A DNA stretch of 64,000 bases from Gammaproteobacteria bacterium (GTDB taxonomy: Bacteria; Pseudomonadota; Gammaproteobacteria; Porifericomitales; Porifericomitaceae): positions 78,363 through 142,362 of the forward strand of contig JABAAT010000038.1 in assembly GCA_014238615.1 (NCBI GenBank), written 5' to 3'. The notes beneath the pieces were generated by a model. The model was given only the letters and a program-made list of their open reading frames with translations. It searched no databases and was not told the DNA's origin. This document shows, piece after piece, positions 8,661 to 18,444 of this stretch (positions are counted from its first letter, which is position 1; each line of letters begins with the position of its first letter). A program made the position numbers and the translations under genes.

Positions 8661-10069
8661 GCCTTCCCGGAACCAGGTAGTGCCTTTTCGGACTCCGCCA
8701 CGAGGCGTTCGCCCAAGGCGCGTTTGGACTCCTTGTCAAGCTTTTTCAACTCGTTGTTCAGTACCCTTTCGTTGAGCGCCTGGTTCCAGTAGTCCAGCGA
8801 TTCGAAACCGAGCAGCACGGACTTGCCGACGAACTGGCGCAGCACTTCGTTGGTCGGTCCCATCACCCAGCCCGCCTTGCCGTCCCGCAGGTAGCGTTCA
8901 ATGCCCAAGGCCGGCTTGTAAGCGGTGCCGCCGCAGGCATGCAGCATCTTGTCCGAGACGTGGGCCACGTTCTTGGCGGCGGTGAACTTCACCTGCCACA
9001 TCCAGTGCAACAGGTCGGAGCGGGGCAGCGCCGAGACATCCCGGTGGATGGACCAATCGCAGTCACCGGTACAGCTGTCCAGGGCCTGGGCCATCATGAA
9101 AACCATGGCGCGCGAGGCGTTCGTGTCGATCAGCGCCTCCACGACGTAGTCCTGGATCGTCGGATAATCCGCCACCCGCATGCCCACATCAGCGTGTTTC
9201 TTGCGGGTGGTGTGCACCTTGGCGATATCAATGAGACCGAGTGAAATGCCGTTCCAACAGGAAGAAGACATGAGCAGGAAGAACGGATCCACCGCCTCGT
9301 CGTTGGAAACGGCGCCGTCACCCACGGGCCCCACGAGCCGGGCGGCCGGTATCTCGACCGCGTCGATCTGGATGGGGCCGGACTGGTTGCCGCGCAGGCC
9401 CAAACCGTCCCAGCTGGCCGGATCCGACTTGACCTCGTCGCCGAGAATCAGGAAGCAGGACAGGTTCGAATAATCGCCGCCGAAATCCGGGCTGGTGGTC
9501 TGTACGATGTACCAGTCCGCGAAACCGCCCGAAGTGGTCCAGGATGCCTTCTTATGAACCCGCCAGCCATGTTCGATACGCTCCGCCCGCGAGCTGACCG
9601 GGTACCAGAAGTGCGAGCCGGTCTCCGGATCGGAATAGGACAGGGTGCCGATCAGCACCTCCTTGTCCAGGCGCCCCATGAGCTCCTGGATCACCTGGTT
9701 GTCGTGATGACGCAGCAGGGCCGCGGCCACGGCGCCCGCGTGCATGGTATAGCACATGGCGGTGCTGGCACAGCCGTAGCGCGCGATGGTCTCCACCACC
9801 ATCGCCACACAGGCATGGTTCTCCCCCATGCCGCCCAACTCCTCCGGCACCAGCAGCCCCAGCACCCCGAGTTCGGCCAGCGCCTCAAAGTTCTTGCGCG
9901 GGTAAAGCAGCTTCTTGTCGCTCTCCACGGCGTTCTCGCGCAGAGTGGTGTGACACAGTTCGATCAGATCGGCCTGCAGGCGTTGCTGCTTGTCCGTCAG
10001 CACCCACTGCGGGTCATATTCATAACCCAACCCCCAAAAAGGTTCCGTACCCCATTTCTTGTTGCTCAT
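8657..10069 (-). CDS. Acyl-CoA-dehydrogenase-fold flavin-dependent oxygenase (group-D two-component monooxygenase-like: DszC/SfnB/IBAH family)
   Basis: ACAD N/M/C-domain signatures (LAELGVLGLLVPEELGGMGENH, ...GTLSYSDPETGSHFW..., ...YLRDGKAGWVMGPTNEVLRQF). Start taken at MSNKKWGT with a GGGGAG RBS. A flavin reductase lies 330 bp downstream in the same orientation. Confidence 0.75.
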   Translation of the reverse strand: MSNKKWGTEPFWGLGYEYDPQWVLTDKQQRLQADLIELCHTTLRENAVESDKKLLYPRKNFEALAELGVLGLLVPEELGGMGENHACVAMVVETIARYGCASTAMCYTMHAGAVAAALLRHHDNQVIQELMGRLDKEVLIGTLSYSDPETGSHFWYPVSSRAERIEHGWRVHKKASWTTSGGFADWYIVQTTSPDFGGDYSNLSCFLILGDEVKSDPASWDGLGLRGNQSGPIQIDAVEIPAARLVGPVGDGAVSNDEAVDPFFLLMSSSCWNGISLGLIDIAKVHTTRKKHADVGMRVADYPTIQDYVVEALIDTNASRAMVFMMAQALDSCTGDCDWSIHRDVSALPRSDLLHWMWQVKFTAAKNVAHVSDKMLHACGGTAYKPALGIERYLRDGKAGWVMGPTNEVLRQFVGKSVLLGFESLDYWNQALNERVLNNELKKLDKESKRALGERLVAESEKALPGSGKA

Positions 10070-10611
10070 TCGTCTTACTCCCCAGCTTTCAGCCCACTTC
10101 AGCGTACTGATGAAGTGGATGCGGGTGTGTTGATGTGAACCAGAACAGGCCAAGGTCATGTCTGCATCAGGGATTATCGCCGGATGCAGGTTGTCTTTCA
10201 AGGTACCTATCCAGCATACCTGCCATTTTTTAGGTGGATCATGCTATATCTTTATGGATAGAGCCGAGATCAGACCGCCGCTGGCGCCTCCCAGGCGCCC
10301 AGGATAGTGTCGCATCCGACCGGGGCGCTTCGAAAGCAGGAGCTTCTTATCCCCGCTTTCGGCCGGTGGTGTCTGTCCCTGGTGTGCGGCGTTTGGCCGA
10401 CCTGAAAGTCGGCGGGCACGTAGGCCAGGTCATCATTTTGCGTCAAGTCGGCGGCCAGGCGGCCGATGACGGCGCCGGCACGCGGCAACAGGGAGGTTTT
10501 CCTTCGCGGGATGCTCCAGTCCCATGCCCCGCTCCACCTCGTGGGGGCGCGGCACGCGCCCCTTAACTCTCGTTGACCTGATGATCAAGCCAGGCCACAA
10601 GTCAGCCTGGG

Positions 10612-12600
10612 TCAGGCCAGCCCCAATTCCTGCTTTCTGGGCAGCGCCCACCTGTTGATCAGATGGTCCATTGCAAGCCCCATAAAGGCGACACACAAGC
10701 CTAACACCAAGCCTTTACCCATATCGCTCTCGGAAAGCGCCTGCATGATTTCCTGTCCCAAATCCTGGGTTCCGATAAAGGCGCCGATAATCACCATGAA
10801 CAAAGCAAATATAACCGTTTGATTCACACCAAGCATAATATGTGGAAGCGCCAACGGCAGTTCGATCTTAAACAGCCTTTGTATCCTGCTCACACCCGAC
10901 ATCGTCGCCGCCTCCTGTAAACCCTGTGGAACACTGCGCAAACCCTCTATGGTGTAGCGCGTGGCTGGAATCGAGGCATAAATAATCACCGCGGTAAGCA
11001 CCGACACATCGTTGACCTGGAACAGCATGATCACGGGGATTAAATAGACGAAAGATGGAAAGGTCTGAAGAGTATCGCAAATCAACAGCGCGTACCTGGT
11101 CGTGAAGCTTCTGCGTGAGGCGATGATACCTATCGATAAACCAATGAACACAGAGATGAGCACCGAAAAACTGACCATGTAAGCGGTAATCATCGCTTTA
11201 TTCCACCAGCCGGTCAAGGCGATGAAGGCAAAGAAAGCGCCCACGATGAGCGCGGAGCGCACCCCGCCAAGGAACAGGCCGGCGCCCATCAGCAGGGCAA
11301 ACACCGCAACCATCGGCAGCGATGTATAAGCGTCCCGCATGGGAATTAATACTTCCACCAACAGGAAGGTTCGGAATTGCTGTAACCCGGAATACCAATT
11401 CCTCACAACCCAATCCACCATGAAATCCCAAAAAGGAGCAGTGGTGATCGCGACGGAGCGGGGAATCTTATAAGCATAAGGAAAAAACTTTGAGACGATG
11501 ATGCTGAGCAGCGTCAATCCGACAATGGCAAGCCAATATTTATAGCGTACATAAAAAGGCAGATCGGCGCGATAATCAGGCTGTTTGTGCGCCCAGGCCA
11601 GGGACAGCCTGTCAAGCACAATGGCGATCAGGACAATGGAAATACCAAGCTCCAGGGCCTTCCCAATCTTCAGGCTTCCCAACATCACCAGCAATGTATA
11701 ACCCAATCCGGAAGCGCCGATAAACGAAGCGATCACCACCATGGCCAGGCATTGCATGATCACCTGGTTCACACCAATCATGATGTCGTGCCGGGCCGAG
11801 GGTATCTGCACCTGGGTCAACAGCTGCAGGTTATTGCACCCACTCATCCTGCCGGATTCGAGCACCTCCACGGACACTTTCTTCAATCCCAGCAAAGTCA
11901 AGCGAATCATCGGTGGAGTCGCAAAAATAATCGTCGCAATCGCACCGGCGTTATCACCGATACCAAAGAAAACCAATACCGGAATCAGGTAGGAAAAATG
12001 GGGAAGCGATTGGGCGACATTCAACAAGGGAGCCAGCGTCAGCTCCACGACCTTGTACCTGTAAGCCAACACCCCCAGGGATAAGCCCAGAACCAGGGCA
12101 ATAGGCACCGCAACGAACACCAGGGATAAAGTACGCATGGAATCCTGCCATTGCCCGAAGACGGCCAGGTAGATCACGCTAAGGCCCGCAAGCAACGATA
12201 ATCTCCAGCCCTGCAGGGCGTAACCTATCACAAAGGCAATTCCCGCCACGGCGGTCCACGGCAGCGCCGGCAGGGCGAATCCCTTCCGCCCTCCCAGAAG
12301 AATGTTACGCACTACGTCAATACTCGACTGCAGCGCATCCGACACACCCCTGCTTATCAACATCACCGCCGTTGTCTCTTCCGCAAGATCTTCTTCCACG
12401 TCGATGACTGTAATCTTCCAGAATTCATCCTGCAGGAAGAACAAAGCCTGGTTCAGCCACTCGGCTATCGGCAATGTGACGGAGGCGGGCCACGTGAGCA
12501 GCCAACCCGGCATCACACCCTTCCCTGCCACCAATACGGCGAATACGATAAAGAGAAGGGCAACCTGTATTGACTTACGGTCTGTGGGCAGGTGTACCAT
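10612..12600 (-). CDS. Glycine-betaine/TMAO-type ABC transporter permease with two fused ProW-like domains (TmoW-like)
   Basis: 662-aa polytopic protein with two BPD_transp_1 cores (EAA-like loops). Confidence 0.8.
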   Translation of the reverse strand: MVHLPTDRKSIQVALLFIVFAVLVAGKGVMPGWLLTWPASVTLPIAEWLNQALFFLQDEFWKITVIDVEEDLAEETTAVMLISRGVSDALQSSIDVVRNILLGGRKGFALPALPWTAVAGIAFVIGYALQGWRLSLLAGLSVIYLAVFGQWQDSMRTLSLVFVAVPIALVLGLSLGVLAYRYKVVELTLAPLLNVAQSLPHFSYLIPVLVFFGIGDNAGAIATIIFATPPMIRLTLLGLKKVSVEVLESGRMSGCNNLQLLTQVQIPSARHDIMIGVNQVIMQCLAMVVIASFIGASGLGYTLLVMLGSLKIGKALELGISIVLIAIVLDRLSLAWAHKQPDYRADLPFYVRYKYWLAIVGLTLLSIIVSKFFPYAYKIPRSVAITTAPFWDFMVDWVVRNWYSGLQQFRTFLLVEVLIPMRDAYTSLPMVAVFALLMGAGLFLGGVRSALIVGAFFAFIALTGWWNKAMITAYMVSFSVLISVFIGLSIGIIASRRSFTTRYALLICDTLQTFPSFVYLIPVIMLFQVNDVSVLTAVIIYASIPATRYTIEGLRSVPQGLQEAATMSGVSRIQRLFKIELPLALPHIMLGVNQTVIFALFMVIIGAFIGTQDLGQEIMQALSESDMGKGLVLGLCVAFMGLAMDHLINRWALPRKQELGLA

Positions 12601-12634
12601 GGGGTTGCCTGTCGGGGACTAAGCGCCGGACCCC

Positions 12635-13672
12635 TTAGCTGGGCTTCCCGAATAAAATATGCAGTATCCTCTTGCAGTTTAAAACACCGATAATTTCCCC
12701 CTGCCCATCAACCACGGCGACCGGTTTGGTTGCAGACAACACCCGCTCGGCAACCTGCTCAATGATGACATCGGCTGCAACGGTGAATTCACTCAACTCC
12801 TGCCCTTCCTGCTTCGGCTCCATCACGGACGCCGTGGTCAGGACCCGCTCGCGCGGGACTTCGTTGGTAAATTTTTTCACATAGTCGGTCACCGGATTGA
12901 GTACAATATCAACCGGGGCGCCGATTTGCTCAACTCTGCCGTGGTACATAATGGCGATTCTATCCGCCAATCGCAGGGCCTCATCAAAATCATGGGTAAT
13001 AAACACGATGGTCTTGTTCAGCAGGGACTGCAGGCGCAGAAATTCGTCCTGCATTTCACGGCGAATCAGCGGATCCAAGGCTGAGAAAGGCTCATCCAAA
13101 AACCAGATATCGGGTTCCACCGCCAGCGATCGGGCGATGCCTACACGCTGCTGCTGCCCTCCCGACAACTCTCGCGGGAAACTCTTTTCGCGACCCACTA
13201 AGCCCACCAATTCGATCATTTCCCGCGCACGCCCGTGGCTGTCAGCGGTCTTTACACCTTTGACCTGCAGGGGAAAAGCAATATTTTCCAGAACGGTTTT
13301 ATGCGGGAGTAAGGCGAAATTCTGGAACACCATCCCCATCTTATGACGGCGAAGCTCTATCAGATCCTTGTTGCGCATCTTCAACAAGTCTTGACCGTCG
13401 ATGAGGATTTCCCCCGCGGTCGCGTCAGTCAGGCGGGAAATACAACGTACCAAGGTCGATTTACCCGAGCCGGACAGACCCATCACCACCAGCATTTCTC
13501 CCTGGTGTACCTCCAGGGAAACATTATTCACGCCAATAATGCAGCCTGCCTTACTGAACTCTTCCTCATCTACCCGGCCCTTGCTTTCTTCCAGCAGTTT
13601 CCGGGCGTTCTCCCCAAAAATTTTGTACACGGAACGGCATTCTATAACCGCCTGTGCCTTCTCTTCCGCCAT
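12635..13672 (-). CDS. Glycine-betaine/TMAO-type ABC transporter ATP-binding protein (ProV/TmoV-like)
   Basis: GLSGSGKST, LSGGQQQRVGIARSL and IWFLDEPFSALD motifs, followed by a C-terminal CBS-like tail. Confidence 0.85.
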   Translation of the reverse strand: MAEEKAQAVIECRSVYKIFGENARKLLEESKGRVDEEEFSKAGCIIGVNNVSLEVHQGEMLVVMGLSGSGKSTLVRCISRLTDATAGEILIDGQDLLKMRNKDLIELRRHKMGMVFQNFALLPHKTVLENIAFPLQVKGVKTADSHGRAREMIELVGLVGREKSFPRELSGGQQQRVGIARSLAVEPDIWFLDEPFSALDPLIRREMQDEFLRLQSLLNKTIVFITHDFDEALRLADRIAIMYHGRVEQIGAPVDIVLNPVTDYVKKFTNEVPRERVLTTASVMEPKQEGQELSEFTVAADVIIEQVAERVLSATKPVAVVDGQGEIIGVLNCKRILHILFGKPS

Positions 13673-13770
13673 GCGCGCTTAACCTCTAGAGAGGATCCAA
13701 TTACCAAAGGCACTTGCCGCGGCAAACGCGCGCGGCAAGTACCCCTGGTAACGGATAGTTTTTCGTCTGA

Positions 13771-14715
13771 TTAATCTTTAAGCCATGGTTTCCAGGCAGC
13801 TTCATTGTCTGCAAGCCACTTATCCGCAGCCTCTTCGTGCTCTAAACCGTCGATATCCACCAACTTCGCCATGGTCGCGATTTGCACCTTGTCGAAATCA
13901 ATGCGCGTCAGCAGTTTGTAGGCTGCCGGCCACTTTTTCGGCATTTGATAATAGGCCGCCTTCTTCAACCAACCCGCCGGCGGGCTGCCGCAAACACCAT
14001 CACCGCCATCTTCCTTCCTGCAACCTTCATAATACTCCGGGAACTCGATAAAGTCACCCCCGTAAAGCGCATCGGTGAAATTAGGCGACCAGTTGAACAG
14101 TACGATGGGCTTGTTGTTTTTCTTGGCGGCTTCCAATTCCGCCCATAAGGCAGCCGCGGAACCGGCGAACACAGCCTTATAATCCATCTTTAAGGCTTCA
14201 ATGCGGTCCTTGGTCTCCTGCCCGTGCCAATCAGCCGGACCATCCAGGTAACGGCCCAAAGGCGCGGTTTCCGGGCTGCTGAATGTCTCCGCACAGGCGT
14301 TGAGCGCCTCCCAGCTGGGCAATCCCGGACAAAACTCGGTCACGTAAGCAGGATACCACCATTCTTCCCGGGTTTTTGCCGTATGGGTGCCCGCATCAAT
14401 GATGCCGCCCTTGTCCAATGCCTCGTTAAAGGATTTTCCAAAGGTACTTTGCCAAACTTCCATAGAGACGGTGACATCGCCACGGCGAATCGATTCATAC
14501 ACCGCCTGGCTGTCCGCCGGTTTGTACTCAACATTATCACCGAGTTTCTCAAACAACTTACCGACAACGTAAGACATGACGATCTGACTGGACCAGTTGT
14601 GCGTCGGGAGGATAATCGGATCCTTGGAATCCGCAGCCACCGCCCATCCTGACAGACCAGCCAGCAGCATACTGACAAGCGCCACCGGCAATAGTTTTCT
14701 AAGCATGAATTTCAT
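13771..14715 (-). CDS. OpuAC-family periplasmic substrate-binding protein (glycine betaine/choline/TMAO-binding, TmoX-like)
   Basis: Signal peptide MKFMLRKLLPVALVSMLLAGLSGWAVA, then an OpuAC-like fold sequence. First gene of the transporter operon adjacent to the tdm-like gene. Confidence 0.8.
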   Translation of the reverse strand: MKFMLRKLLPVALVSMLLAGLSGWAVAADSKDPIILPTHNWSSQIVMSYVVGKLFEKLGDNVEYKPADSQAVYESIRRGDVTVSMEVWQSTFGKSFNEALDKGGIIDAGTHTAKTREEWWYPAYVTEFCPGLPSWEALNACAETFSSPETAPLGRYLDGPADWHGQETKDRIEALKMDYKAVFAGSAAALWAELEAAKKNNKPIVLFNWSPNFTDALYGGDFIEFPEYYEGCRKEDGGDGVCGSPPAGWLKKAAYYQMPKKWPAAYKLLTRIDFDKVQIATMAKLVDIDGLEHEEAADKWLADNEAAWKPWLKD

Positions 14716-14942
14716 AATTCAGATACTCCCTAAAAATGACCTGCAAAGCCCTTCCTAGATAAGGTCCTTGCTACAGTGATAGCTTGCGCCATGAACCCGG
14801 TACACCGCCCGCTACAGGCGACGCATCGGGATTTTCTTATCGCGCGGGACACTCCGTATAGCCGTATAGCACCGCGCCCTTGAAAATACGAAAAATTCCG
14901 GCCGGGATGTCGAACAGGAATGGGGCGGAGGCAGTCACCGCG

Positions 14943-17318
14943 TCAAGCCCGCACCCGTTCCTTGCGTGGGTCGTAGAAGGGGATCGGCACCACGCGCGCC
15001 GGAATGCGCTTCTGGTGACCATCCAGCTTACCCACCTCCACGGCAGCACCCTCCTCGGCGGCACTGACATCCATGCGGCATAAGGCGATATTGCGGCGCA
15101 GGACAGGCGAGCGCACGGCGCTGGTCACCACCCCTGTCTGGGCACGACCCTGGTGCACGCAGTCACCGTGCCCGGCCGCTTCGTTGCCCTCCAGTTCCAG
15201 TCCTACCAAGCGTCGCTGCGGGTGCGCCTTGCGCTTTTCCAGGGCCGCCCGGCCCACGAAATCGTCCTGCTTGCCGCGCAGCGGCACGCAAAAGCCGATG
15301 CCGGCCTCAAAAGGATCGGTTTGATCGCAGAATTCGTAGCCGGCGAAGACCAGGCCGGCCTCAATCCGCAGCATATCCAGGGCCTCCAGGCCCAGGGGCG
15401 CCAACCCCAGGGGCTGTCCGGCCTTCCAAAGCGCGTCCCAGACTTCAACAGCGGCGTCCGGATGACACCAAAGTTCATAACCCAGCTCACCCGTATAGCC
15501 GGTACGCGAAATCATCAGGGGAACACCCTTGAGATCCCCCAGGCGACCGATCGTAAAACGGAACCACTGCAGTTCCTCCAGGGTCGGTTGCGCCGGGGGC
15601 GTCCAGATCAGTTCGCGCAGCAATTCACGCGAGCGCGGCCCCTGCACGGCGATATTGTGGAGCTGATCCGTGGAGGATTTGACCCAAACCCGGTATTTCT
15701 TTTCCTTGGCCTGCTTGCGCAACCAGTCGCCGCCGTATTCCTCACCGCAGATCCAGCGAAAGTTATCGGCTCCAAGTCGGAATAAAGTACCGTCATCCAA
15801 CATGCCGCCGCTCGGGTAACACATGGCCGAGTAAACTACCTGCCCCACCGCCAGGCGCCGCACGTCGCGGGTGATCGACCACTGCATCAGCGCCTCCGCA
15901 TCCGGACCGAACACCTCAAATTTGCGCAACGGGGAAAGATCCATGACCGCAACGCGCTCCCGGCAGGCATGATACTCCTCGATGGTGCCGTATTCCTGGT
16001 AGGAAGTCGGGAGCCAATACCCCCGGTACTCAGTAAAACGCCGCGTCAGCGCGGAACTGCGGGGGTGAAAAGCCGTTTCGCGGGTCATTCGGGTCTCCGA
16101 GTCGGGGTGCAGACGGAAAGCAACGGCCTTGCTGAACATATGCCGTGAAGGATAGACTCGCACCTGCACATCGGTGGGATTCCAGCCATTCGCCGGATCA
16201 ATGTCGTCCGGGCAGGCCGAGGAAGAGCAGACCAAATCGGTCAGGGCGCGCAGCAACACGTAGTCGCCCGGACGGGACCAGGATTCATCCAGGTAAATAC
16301 TATTTGAATCATCAATACCGGTGTTGTAGAAAAAATTCACGGCCGGCCAGGCAGGGCGTGCCCGCACACCGTAATCCCGCAAGGCCGCGTTGAAGTTATC
16401 CGAACAGTTCGGGTGTCCGAAATAGCCACGTTCCTCGTAAAACCTGGCATAGCAGGCCAGGCCAAAGGTGTCGTGCCGGCCGCAGGTGTCACGCACCACC
16501 TCCAGCAAGGGGTTTAGATCCTGATCGTAGAACTTGGAGTACAGGCCGGGCTGCGGACAGGTAAAGCCCATCAGGGAGCGCGTGGCAGTGGCATCCAGGC
16601 TGTTCTCCCGGCCCGCCTCCAAGGGCGCGTGTGCGAAGGCCAGGAAGTCTGAACATTGGTGACCGGCGATATCCATCACCTGGATGTATTCTCCGGCACG
16701 CACCAGGTAGGCGTGCGCGGTACGCGCCTGGATACGCAGATCCAGGCGCGCTTCAGCCAAGGGCTCAGGCAGAGACTCAAGCGGGTTCGGAACCTCAATC
16801 GGATGCTCCCGATCCACGAAAGCGATCAATTCCGTGGCGGGCCGATGGCCGGCCACGGCGCCCTCTATCGGCATCGCACCGCCCACCGACACCAGGATGC
16901 AGTTGCAGGCCACCGCCGCGCGCAATTCCCGGCGCAATCCGGGCTCGGAGTCAGGCGCGAAGAGGCGCACGCCGCGCAGGTGTCCCCGATCGGCCACGGT
17001 CGCCTGGAGACGCTTGCGCAAACGCGCGGCGTTCGGATCCGCCGCCAACTGCAAGAGCGCCTCGCGTGCGGGTGGCAGATCGGAGGCATTCAACAGATTC
17101 GCGTCACTTTTCCCCGTCTCATCAAACACCAGGATCTCACAAGGCTGTGCGCCTTCCGGGTCCAGCAACGTAAGCCGGTCACCCGCCTGCAGACCGATCC
17201 AAATCGAGCCGCCGCCGGGGACCTGGTAGCGCTCCCGCCCGGGCGGCGGGGTCGCCAGCCTCGACAAGAACGGGGTGGCCGGGGGAACCGTCGGAGTCAG
17301 TGACAGGGCTACCGCCAT
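14943..17318 (-). CDS. tdm: DUF1989-GcvT fusion protein, trimethylamine N-oxide demethylase (Tdm)-like
   Basis: 791 aa. The N-terminal ~400 aa resemble the DUF1989/urea-carboxylase-associated family. The C-terminal ~380 aa form an aminomethyltransferase (GcvT) fold (RERVAVMDLSPLRKFEVFGPDA...GYTGELGYELW...). This is the architecture of characterised Tdm, next to a betaine-type transporter. Confidence 0.65.
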   Translation of the reverse strand: MAVALSLTPTVPPATPFLSRLATPPPGRERYQVPGGGSIWIGLQAGDRLTLLDPEGAQPCEILVFDETGKSDANLLNASDLPPAREALLQLAADPNAARLRKRLQATVADRGHLRGVRLFAPDSEPGLRRELRAAVACNCILVSVGGAMPIEGAVAGHRPATELIAFVDREHPIEVPNPLESLPEPLAEARLDLRIQARTAHAYLVRAGEYIQVMDIAGHQCSDFLAFAHAPLEAGRENSLDATATRSLMGFTCPQPGLYSKFYDQDLNPLLEVVRDTCGRHDTFGLACYARFYEERGYFGHPNCSDNFNAALRDYGVRARPAWPAVNFFYNTGIDDSNSIYLDESWSRPGDYVLLRALTDLVCSSSACPDDIDPANGWNPTDVQVRVYPSRHMFSKAVAFRLHPDSETRMTRETAFHPRSSALTRRFTEYRGYWLPTSYQEYGTIEEYHACRERVAVMDLSPLRKFEVFGPDAEALMQWSITRDVRRLAVGQVVYSAMCYPSGGMLDDGTLFRLGADNFRWICGEEYGGDWLRKQAKEKKYRVWVKSSTDQLHNIAVQGPRSRELLRELIWTPPAQPTLEELQWFRFTIGRLGDLKGVPLMISRTGYTGELGYELWCHPDAAVEVWDALWKAGQPLGLAPLGLEALDMLRIEAGLVFAGYEFCDQTDPFEAGIGFCVPLRGKQDDFVGRAALEKRKAHPQRRLVGLELEGNEAAGHGDCVHQGRAQTGVVTSAVRSPVLRRNIALCRMDVSAAEEGAAVEVGKLDGHQKRIPARVVPIPFYDPRKERVRA

Positions 17319-17479
17319 CCGCCTACCCTATGCGCCTTACCGAGGCCAGGCACCCGCGCTTCCCCGTCTTCCCCCACGGGCACTCGCCCTAGGACAAACC
17401 ACGTTTTCATGCTGCAAATCTTCTCCGCTTTGATCTATCAACCGTAAACACCACGGGGCGATGGAAGAACGGCATACCG

Positions 17480-17660
17480 ATACCATCCCACCGTAAAGAA
17501 TTATCACTGTATCCGTCCTGTCCCGCAATCTAAATCTAGGGATAACTTGAAGTATTTAGTTATACTTACTTCCTTTAGTACAATGACTATCTATCCTTTA
17601 GAGATAGTTCACAAAGCCGCCATCGCACGGAATCCTCCCAGCCTTCACCGGAAAGCGGCT
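17480..17660. promoter_or_regulatory. AT-rich (~35% GC) intergenic island upstream of the tdm-like operon, with repeated TCCTTTAG motifs
   Basis: tacttcctttagtacaatgactatctatcctttagagatagttcac. The two TCCTTTAG copies are ~21 bp apart, and a CTATC...GATAG palindrome is present. Sits between the soxG-like stop and the tdm-like start. Confidence 0.35.
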
Positions 17661-17667
17661 ATATGAA

Positions 17668-18444
17668 CTATTTCCGGGCTCCTTTTTCCCCGAACGCCTG
17701 TGGGGCCTCCTCCCACGCACCCAGAAAAGCGTCACAGCCGACCGGAACGCCGTCAAACTCGAGCGCGGCGTCCCCGATACACTCCCACAGGTATTCGGCC
17801 GCGGCGCTGTCCATCAGCAGGTGGTAGGCGGGCAGTGCCGGCGCGCCGGCACACACGCAATCCTCCCGCAGCAGCAGGACATTCATGCGCGCCATGACCG
17901 TCTGCGCCACCCGCAGATTGGGGAAACGATGCGTCCGCAGATCCAGCGCGCAGAGCTTGGCAAACATGGCCGGCGCCTGGGTGCCGCCGATCCGCAGCCA
18001 GGCCGAAAGCGACTGGCGCGGCACCGGGAAGACCCCGGACGGCCGCTCTTTTTCCCAGTCCGCCGCACAACGCTGACATGCCTCGGCCGCGGCCCGCGCC
18101 GCTCCCAGCAACAGTGCCTCGTCACCCATACGCGCCGCCAGCAGGCCGTCCCGGGAACACCTGGTTTCGCCGCTCTCGCCCACACCCAGACCCCGTGCGC
18201 GTAACCAGGAAAGCGCCTCCCAGCCCTTGTAACCAAGCCGCGGCAAGGGGCTGAAGTCGGCCCAGGCCAGGCACCGCAAACGCTCCTCCTCCTCCGGCGA
18301 CGCACCGCAGTCCGCGACAACCACCGTGTCCGCAAAAGCTCGGCAACGGGCGCCGGCTGCTTCAAGGCGCCGATACAGCGGGCTGCGCGCAACGCCATCG
18401 GTCGCCCGGGGAGCAGCGTTCTTACTCTCTTTCACCATCTTCAA
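17668..18444 (-). CDS. Sarcosine oxidase gamma-subunit family protein (SoxG/MgdD-like)
   Basis: Last gene of the B-D-A-G operon; 4-bp overlap with the alpha subunit. Size and position fit SoxG. Confidence 0.65.
   Translation of the reverse strand: MKMVKESKNAAPRATDGVARSPLYRRLEAAGARCRAFADTVVVADCGASPEEEERLRCLAWADFSPLPRLGYKGWEALSWLRARGLGVGESGETRCSRDGLLAARMGDEALLLGAARAAAEACQRCAADWEKERPSGVFPVPRQSLSAWLRIGGTQAPAMFAKLCALDLRTHRFPNLRVAQTVMARMNVLLLREDCVCAGAPALPAYHLLMDSAAAEYLWECIGDAALEFDGVPVGCDAFLGAWEEAPQAFGEKGARK

Noticed and set aside
9554-10138. 194-aa plus-strand ORF inside the ACAD-fold oxygenase gene
   Set aside because: Opposite strand of a CDS with clear ACAD-family motifs. No start-site or RBS support.
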